Source: Eledone cirrhosa
Lineage: Eukaryota
Assembly (NCBI GenBank): GCA_964016885.1
Contig: OZ024740.1
Span: forward strand, 209,250,001-209,314,000
Reading direction: 5' to 3'
DNA length: 64,000 nucleotides
Part shown: piece by piece, positions 56,383-64,000 of the stretch
Position numbering within the stretch: position 1 is the first letter of the stretch
How the letters are laid out: each line of letters begins with the position of its first letter
Notes under the pieces: model-generated
Databases searched by the model: none
What the model saw: the letters and a program-made list of their open reading frames with translations, nothing else
Told to the model about the DNA's origin: nothing
Program-made: the position numbers and the translations under genes

Positions 56383-58163
56383 CATCATATTAACTATTGA
56401 ACTGCATATAAACGTTTCGTTCTGATTCCTATGATTGTGAAATGTAATTTGAAACACATTTTGAACTTCGTCGTTGTGTGAGTTAGTTTTCTATAATCTC
56501 AATCACTTCTCCACCACAAAAGGTCTTTGAAACAAGCTGCTAATTTAGATTTCACTAAGGTTCTTATAAAGAATGCGGATACATATTTTTGCCTTTCCGC
56601 TTTTGATCTTGAAAACGACTGAAATATTTTACACTTTCATGGGAAGAAATATCGTTAGACCCTAACGGAGCTTTAAAATGATTGGTCGTCGGGAAATCGA
56701 CCTTAGTACTTGACTGGTATTATATTCGTCGACTCCGAAAAGATGAAGAGCAAAGTTGACCTCAGCAAGATTTGATCCGACAATGTCATAACAAAACATT
56801 CCTATCTTATAATTATCACCAGTCTCACACGATGGTAGATGTTCATATGTACACTTATTTGTATAAATGTACATATTTAAAATAGTTATATACACAGGCA
56901 TATAAACACATTGCATACAATTACAAATCTTTCATTTTCTCTCACTTTTCCAATTCTTCGTGTTACTCATGTTAACGTTTTAGTTGTATCGCTTTCATCT
57001 GCCGACAATGACAACTAAATTATTCAGAACTGTCCTCGAACAAAGCACACTTTATTTTAGTTACAGAACTTCAAGTTGGCTTTCATCTCATTACGAACCA
57101 AACAAATATAAATTTATGCATGTTTTCTTTGTACTAAACAATTCATCAAAGATGTCTTTGAGGTTGGTTATATGAGCAAAGCAAACTCGAATCGACTCCC
57201 ACAAAAGTCACACTTATTGACTACAATATTGTATCCGTATAATCTATCGAGCTTCGAGAACTTCACACCAAAATCATGAATATACTGAGAATGTTCTGTA
57301 AAATTTACACTAACATAAATATAAACTCACAGAACATACTGGATCAAAACATTCATTCTTATTTCATGTGACTTTATACTACTCTCATGAACCACGCAAA
57401 AACAAGAATATAATTTTATTTCAATGTGTTTTACAAAATGCCATCATAATTTTCTGAATCGTATAGAATTCATTTCCAAAGAAACTGAAGTTGATTGCTA
57501 TAAGAAAATAACCTCATTTGAATTTCACCAGTTTACTTACGAATATCCACAATTCATGTTTAACTCTTTTGATACTAAACCACCTGAAACTGCTTGAAAC
57601 TGTCTGAAACAGACTGAAACTACTCGAAACTGTCATCCATTTATGATACAAAATTGTTTAATTTAAAATATACTTATATTAAATCATTCCATCATAATTT
57701 TATTTAAGAAAATTTTGTTAAGTCATGTTCCAAATATTTGATTATTTCCAAAATTAATTAAAATACATAGGCAGCATATTTAATTAGAAATACGGTAAGG
57801 AAAGGGTTAAAATATTTATCCGAATGTTTCCCCTCAATGCATTGTTACTTGTATTTAAGAAAGCATCTAAATCTGATTCACCGGAAACCAATTAATTTTA
57901 TATGATTAAATGTACATGCTTGAATATTATTTAATTTACGACAAAGCACATTTCTCTAAATAATCTATATACAAAGTATTCAGAATATGTATACAATAGA
58001 GTCGGATACAGCCAATATTAAAATGAAACTGAATGAAAATGAAAATTGTCGATAAAATGTAAGTGAATGCCATGGAAATGGATTGTGTTCGAAAGTTGGC
58101 AATCTTATGACAGTCTCAACTAAATTGTACAATGGCGCTTGTGTTCATAACCTCCTCGTTCAT

Positions 58164-58491
58164 CAAACCTCCCAACCTCTAAAACCCCGGACGGGGAGTA
58201 CCAGGAAAAGAATTGCCCCCAAACAGGGAGAAATGAGGCAAAATGGGGAGATTTTACATAATTGTTTCTACTTTTTTGGCACAAGGCCAGCAATTACCCA
58301 GTACATTACTGGTACTTTATTTTATCGACCCCGTAAGGATGAAAGGCAAAGTGAACTCAGACCGTAAAGGGACGTAACTATGCTGGAAAGCATATGAAAG
58401 CTAAACTCATTTTCACAAGAGAAGACATCTCTCACCCACCCCAAAGTGGGTGAGAGATCTCCTCATCGGATGGGGAGAGTTGACAGGTTTG
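58164..58491. mobile_element. MITE M1 carrying an internal truncated SINE S1
   Basis: M1 body with a SINE at the same ttttacataat site as in 34693-35058. Confidence 0.8.
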
Positions 58492-58981
58492 TAATCGATG
58501 TACACTGTCAGCTGTGTACATCGATTACAGACCTGTATATGTATATATATATATATAGAGAAAGAGGGGGGGGGTGACTAAATGAAATATCACTTTTTCT
58601 ATTTTGTTATCGTTGAGACAAAATAACTTAAAATATAATGAATCTCTACAGAAACGCATACCAGTTAGAAGAGCGCCAGACAAGTATTTGTTGAGGTTTC
58701 CTAAAGTTTTATACTAATTCCACCAGACATTGTTTTCTTGGCAAAAATCAACCGTAATTATACACTTAGAAATATATAAATATTTATAAGATCACTTAAG
58801 ATTTATAGATTGCTGAATAAGATTAATAAGCTAACGTATTTAAAAATAATGAACTAACTGAGCTACTTCTACTGCGATGTCGACAGAATAGAAGATGCAT
58901 AAAGGGTATGAAAACATTACGCTGCTATTGAAAGAAATCTGACTAATATAACTTAAATTAGTTTTGGAAAACGAGATATAA

Positions 58982-59202
58982 ATAATGGTTTCTTATATAG
59001 GCACAAGGCCAGTAATTTGGGGGGAGGGGAAAGTTGATTAAATCGACCTCAGTGCGTGACTGGTACTTTATTTTATCGACCCCATAAGGATGAAAGGCAA
59101 AGTTAACCTCGTTGGGATTTGAGCTCAGATCATAAAGAGCCGTAACTCTATGCTGCAAAGCATGGCGTCCGACCCTCTACCGATACTGCCAATCCACCGC
59201 CC
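58982..59202 (-). mobile_element. Full-length SINE S1
   Basis: Reverse-complement consensus, with gaRatataaataat flanks. Confidence 0.88.
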
Positions 59203-59769
59203 AAAAATGAAATATAAATAATAAACGTTAGCAAACGCTAGGCCTACTGCTAGGTATTTGGCGTCCTAGGTTAGCCCGACTATGTGTGTCCCCTTTTTAC
59301 TTATACGCCCTATTTTCCCAAATACAATAATTTCGACCTACCATTTGGTAAGCCGACAGACCTAATTTTTAACACTTCTTGCTCTGATTACATTAAGAAA
59401 ATGAATAAACCTGCATTTTATACTACAGAGTCAGTACGCATCGAAACTTTCACACTCTTTTCCTGTTATATCAAGCATTAAACTAATATATCATGATTGT
59501 ATTGTATTATTCTCCAGTGTTATTTTTCTTTGTTGACTGTTCCTAAGTTTATTATTACTAATCTGTGACGAACGTGTTCTTTCTTCTCCCCGCCCCATAA
59601 TTTCAATGGTTTACATTTTAAACACGATATCTTATTTTCTTCTTCTTGCCTTTTTTTCCTTCCTTTTTCTTTTTTCTTCTTTTACTTCCTTTGTTTCGGT
59701 CTAACGAGACTTTCTTTGCAATAAAAAGCACAATACCTTCTCCTAGTTTTCTTCTTTCTTCTTTTCTTC

Positions 59770-60240
59770 TTGAGAGGGTCATGGGGGAAGAGTCCTCAAA
59801 CACTCCCTCCAGTGGCTCCTGTCACAAGCAACCGTCTCCAAATGATCCAGCTGGATCCCCATCGAGACCAGCCAAGCTCATGGATCTTATCCAACCATAT
59901 TGCTCAGGGTCTATCCCTGGGTCTCCTACCAGTTGGTTTCTCCCGTAAAATCTGTCCAGCGATTCTTTTCTGAGACATTCTAACCACATGCATATAGTAT
60001 CAGAGCTGTGATCCCTCAATTCGGAGAAGTAGCATCTCTATCTGGAATGACTCTCTGATCTCCGAGTTACGCACTTTATCGAATAACATTACTCGAAAGA
60101 CACTTCGGAGGCACCCCTTTCGCGATCGAACTCTTTCGGTTATTACCCAAGATTCTTGACTATAGGTAAGGGTTTGCATGAAAATCGAATTGAAGACAGC
60201 GAGGTTGGCTCTGACGCCTACCTCCCTTCTTCTGATTACT
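59770..60240 (-). mobile_element. RTE LINE 3' fragment
   Basis: Reverse complement encodes LFDKVRNSEIRE..KPTGRRPR..WLDKIHELGWS, homologous to 10740-10865 and 17165-17345. Confidence 0.75.
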
Positions 60241-60314
60241 GAATATATGAAAAAAATACAAATGCATTTGATTGTGGTTTTCTTCAGTTTCTATTCGGAA
60301 AATAATTATATACA

Positions 60315-61230
60315 ATTTCCTCGAGGTTAACTTAGACATGGCCTCAGGTTCATATAAACCATACGATAAAGCTAACGAAAAACTGAAATATATTAACAGA
60401 GGAATTTGTCACTCACCCCCCACCCTGAAGTTTCTAAAAATCTAATCGCTCGGAGAATTTCAAACCTATTATCCACTAAGGAGATACTTGATAAGGCAGC
60501 ATCGTACAACAATAAGGCCCTTCTAGATAGCAACTTCTAGGAGAAGATTAGGTACACACTCACCCACATGCCACACAACAACCCCCAAAATAATAATAGA
60601 AACATAATCTGGTTCACCCATACTCCTTAAACGTAAAGGCTAATATAGGTAAGAAGTTCTTAGATCTGTCAGATAAGCATTGCCTCCACCACCACCACCA
60701 ACATAGGCCCAGTAAAATATTCAGTAGGCACTCTGTGAAAATAAGCTATTCCTGCGGTCCCCCCATGTGATCGAAAATAACTGTTAAAAACAAACTCAAT
60801 GAAGATCCATGGTGCTTTTGCAAGATAAGACTGCCCTCTGTAGTAGAATCTGTAATATCAAGTTCATTATATATGGAGTCGAAGTTGCACATATCACGAC
60901 CAACTTTGCATAAAGCAAAGTGGGTAAGGTACAAGATCAATATAAACAACATGTTTAACCACACGTCTCTTTTAGGCACCCTGAAATAAAAACAGTCACA
61001 GCCCTGGCAAAACGAATCAGGCAATTAAAAGATTAAGGAATCCCCAAACAATAAAATGGAGAATTCTGGAGAGTTCAGACAATGCATCAATAGAACAAAG
61101 TGATGCTCCTTCTACCCTGGTGAAAAATTCAGGATTCTATAGGATTTGAAGTAATCAAATAAATACCTGACCTTAAAGAACGAGATCTTTAATGGCGGTT
61201 CATACCTCAACAGACACTTTCATCATGGAA
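60315..61230 (+). mobile_element. Decayed Penelope-like fragment (thumb + GIY-YIG)
   Basis: FLEVNLDMASGSYKPYDKANEKLKYIN, RRISNLLS, NIIWF, VKISYSC, IIYGVEV, GEKFRI, LKNEIF remnants in several frames. Confidence 0.75.
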
Positions 61231-61920
61231 ACACTGCGGTCCGGATATCCAGTCATCTCAAATAGAAATACTACATCCACCACAATTTCAACACTCTTTT
61301 CTGTATGTCCCTTTTCCACACCTTACACTACATTATTAATTGACTCGAATTATTAAAAATAAACCGGACACAGACAAAGAAACACACATTACATCACAGC
61401 AATTCACATTATTAAACAAGAGACGCCTCCTTTAGAAAATGAATCAACATATTTTTCAGGTTATGCCTCCTTTCCATACGCGATTTCAACACGAAATCTC
61501 GTCCAAACATTTCACTTTGCGCCTGCGGAATTAGGCCTACACATTGCAGTGATACCTAATGCGTTCTTTCTGGTTCTGTGAAGCCCAGTTTGTCAAGATT
61601 TGTACTGCGGGATGAAAAACAAAACCTGACAAAGGGCGAAGGAACTCATGAGAGTCAGCAGCCATCCAATAGTGTGTTTACATGTATATATTGTATGGGT
61701 GTATGAGTATGTATATGTGTGGGGGGGGGGGGTGCACGTATATGTATGTATTTGTTAAAAACTACTTTAAACTTTGAAACTTTTGATTGTTTTTTTATTC
61801 CATTTTATCTTATATTTATTTATTTAACCTATTTATATCTGGGAAAACCTACGGCTGACGCAGCTATCGATAATTTTTTTTTTTTTTTAGAGAGAGAGAA
61901 GGTCACTGAAAAACTTGTAG

Positions 61921-62148
61921 TTAACCCTTTAGCATTCACATTACTCTATATATACTATTATATTTTAATGGTAAAGGCTTTACCTCACATAATTATCTCA
62001 CATAATATCGAATCTATGAGATTTTGAAAGTATTTATTTTGAAAACAATACCTTAACATCAGTTTGAGTGACCAGTTACAGCCAGTTTCAACAGAAAGAG
62101 GTAGAGAATTCTGGCTGGTTTTGGCCGGTTTGAACACTAAAGGGTTAA
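61921..62148. mobile_element. piggyBac-type MITE
   Basis: TTAA-ccctttag ... ctaaaggg-TTAA. Confidence 0.75.
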
Positions 62149-62516
62149 TATAGCTACCGATCATCTTGCATCTACTTGTCATTGGATTCTGGCAGCTGAT
62201 ACTTAGAGAGCAACATGTGTGTAGCACAAACACGTGCTACTGTGATCTCCTTGTGCAGATATCTCTTCAAAGTCCTGTGGCGATGGACAAGCAGTGACGT
62301 GTACAGACCTAACGAGTTGGAGGTATGCAGTTGCTAATCTACACGCAGGCTGCTAAGCAGAGGTTTTGGGGGGTTTAGGAAGTTTAGGGGTTTTTGCAGG
62401 TTTGTTTCGGCCGTTTCTGGGGTTTAGGGGGTTGAGGCGGTTTCACAGGATTCGGAGGTTTAGGCGGTTTCAGGGGATTTAACCTCGTTTTTTTTTTCAT
62501 TTTGTAAAAAAAACTC

Positions 62517-62554
<38 letters not shown>

Positions 62555-62555
<1 letters not shown>

Positions 62556-63000
62556 TAGCTAAACTACCCGGTGATTCCCGGGTATTTTATTAAAGTTACA
62601 ATATTTGACCATTGAAATATGATTGCTGTATTTTAACTAAAGTAGGAATTATAGCAGAATATTTATTGCCGTTTGTTTAAAGCAAATCATGTGGATAAAA
62701 ATATTATTAGTTTTGTCCAGTTGTGATTTGTTTTTAATACTGCTCTCTATTATAGTCAGCATATATAATGCTTCGCACTTGGAAGAATCATTAGGTATGC
62801 TGTCAGTGAAAACGGCATGACCAAAAAAATAAATTTAGATTTTATTTGTCCTTTTATTTTTTTTTGCACAATCAGAACCTCTGAAATTCAAACAAAATGT
62901 GAAGTTTATTTTAAAAAGCATAAATAAAATAAACTAAAAAAATAAATTTACCATTGGTTTATGAATGAATGAAGAATTTACTTACTCATTTCTGTAATTC
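62555..63000 (-). mobile_element. Helitron 3' end (5' boundary not determined)
   Basis: Minus strand tacccgg-gaatca-ccgggta hairpin then CTAG|T, next to (TA)n. Confidence 0.7.
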
Positions 63001-63149
63001 AGGAAAGTTTATTTAAATGTGTATAAGTGTGGTAAATATATACATATACACCAGGAACCAAACTCCCACTGTCACTGCCTCCATCTCTCCCGATCTCCCC
63101 ATCACTCACTATTATGAGCAAATGGGGGTCGCTGGCCGCCCAGCAGCCC

Positions 63150-63365
63150 AGGCGGTCGGAATAGAGGATGGTGAGGGAGTCGCACTGGAAAATCCATTCC
63201 GGCTTGCGAGGCTCACCCCTGCGGGTAGCCAACTCTGTGCCGGTGGTGGTGAGTTGGGAGGTAGCCCTATAGCCAAGGACACCAGAAGTCTCCATTGCTA
63301 TGAGCTCAACAACAAACCTGTCGGAGAGCGACCGATATTTGGAGAGTTTACGCTCCTTGCGACAG
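63150..63365 (-). mobile_element. C-terminal fragment of a CRE-clade-like non-LTR restriction-like endonuclease
   Basis: RKERKLSKYRSLSDRFVVELIAMETSGVLG..GEPRKPEWIFQCDSL fits the KxxKY..PxAxETxG..GD/EPR..xLFQRxS pattern. Confidence 0.65.
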
Positions 63366-64000
63366 AGCCTGGGTTAATTAAAATTTTTACACTGTAGCTT
63401 TCACCAATTTTTACCTCTATGGCAGTAGGATCTTGTTTGAAGGAGATTTGTTTTCTATTCCTTTTAGGTACACCAACAGTTATAGTGGCTTCCATGACAC
63501 ACACATACATATGTGAGTGTTTGTGTCTGTAAGGCTGTTCGCTGTGATTTGAAACGGACATTGCTTTTATTTCTCGTAGTTGGAGGTGTCACATACAACC
63601 ATTCCTTTTTGCTTCATATATACATACATGAGACAGTAGACTGGGATATATATTCTCTAACTTAAGTACGGTGATAAACACACACACACACACTTGTCTC
63701 TAATTTAAGAACGCCGAGACACACACGCTCACATACACACACAGTCCCATTACGACTTTTGTGAAAGAGAGAGAGAGAAAGAGAAGTAACGTTAAAAAAG
63801 GAGTTAGTTAAAAAGCGTTTAAAAAATAAGTAAATAAAAGTTAGTTATCGAACTATGCTATCATTTTTCTGTTTTCTTTCTCTTCTGGACACAATATCAA
63901 CAATAACAATTTATCGAACACAAGGAACGAAAACAATTTACCGAAGAAAATCAATGAGAAAGGCAAACAAAATTTATTTAGTTGTAGCTACAGAAAAATC

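Larger units (their letters stand above)
53254..62308 (-). pseudogene. Putative degraded exons of a DH-PH RhoGEF gene (PLEKHG7/PLEKHG5-like)
   Basis: Collinear minus-strand peptides: KRYLHKEITVARV..MLLSK (62158-62308), NFRKPQQILVW (58662-58745), MLIFLFRDFQVIS (~54500-54590), PIPLRDFYVSEL (53643-53707), HIESIRHFCVVKRIDDTW (53254-53310). Several have AG/GT boundaries. Stops and frameshifts are present. Confidence 0.45.

Noticed and set aside
62360-62480. GGGTTTAGG runs as telomeric repeats
   Set aside because: Irregular and not TTAGGG tandem. More likely subterminal repeats of a transposon.

Overview
AT-rich, repeat-dense animal genomic DNA. The tRNA-derived SINE families and abundant (TA)n/(CA)n microsatellites suggest an octopus-like cephalopod (inference). 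No intact cellular gene is evident. The window holds RTE-clade LINE copies (one family ends in three C2H2 zinc fingers), a decayed near full-length Penelope-like element (RT + GIY-YIG, ~36.1-40.6 kb, minus strand), an internally deleted L1/Tx1-type LINE, non-autonomous Helitrons, several MITE families, more than 20 SINE copies, a U2 snRNA pseudogene and a 7.7-kb array of a 39-bp minisatellite whose single open frame gives the 1265-aa repeat ORF. Three hidden signals stand out. (i) About nine hammerhead-ribozyme motifs from at least four sequence families. Two non-coding fold-back elements (27476-27815, 43015-43719) carry a hammerhead on each strand and share a one-sided tail motif with other Penelope-type ends. 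(ii) Collinear, degraded minus-strand exon remnants resembling a DH-PH RhoGEF gene (~53.2-62.3 kb). (iii) A CRE-type endonuclease fragment lying near, and possibly inside, a Helitron. All calls were made by eye and coordinates of decayed elements are approximate.
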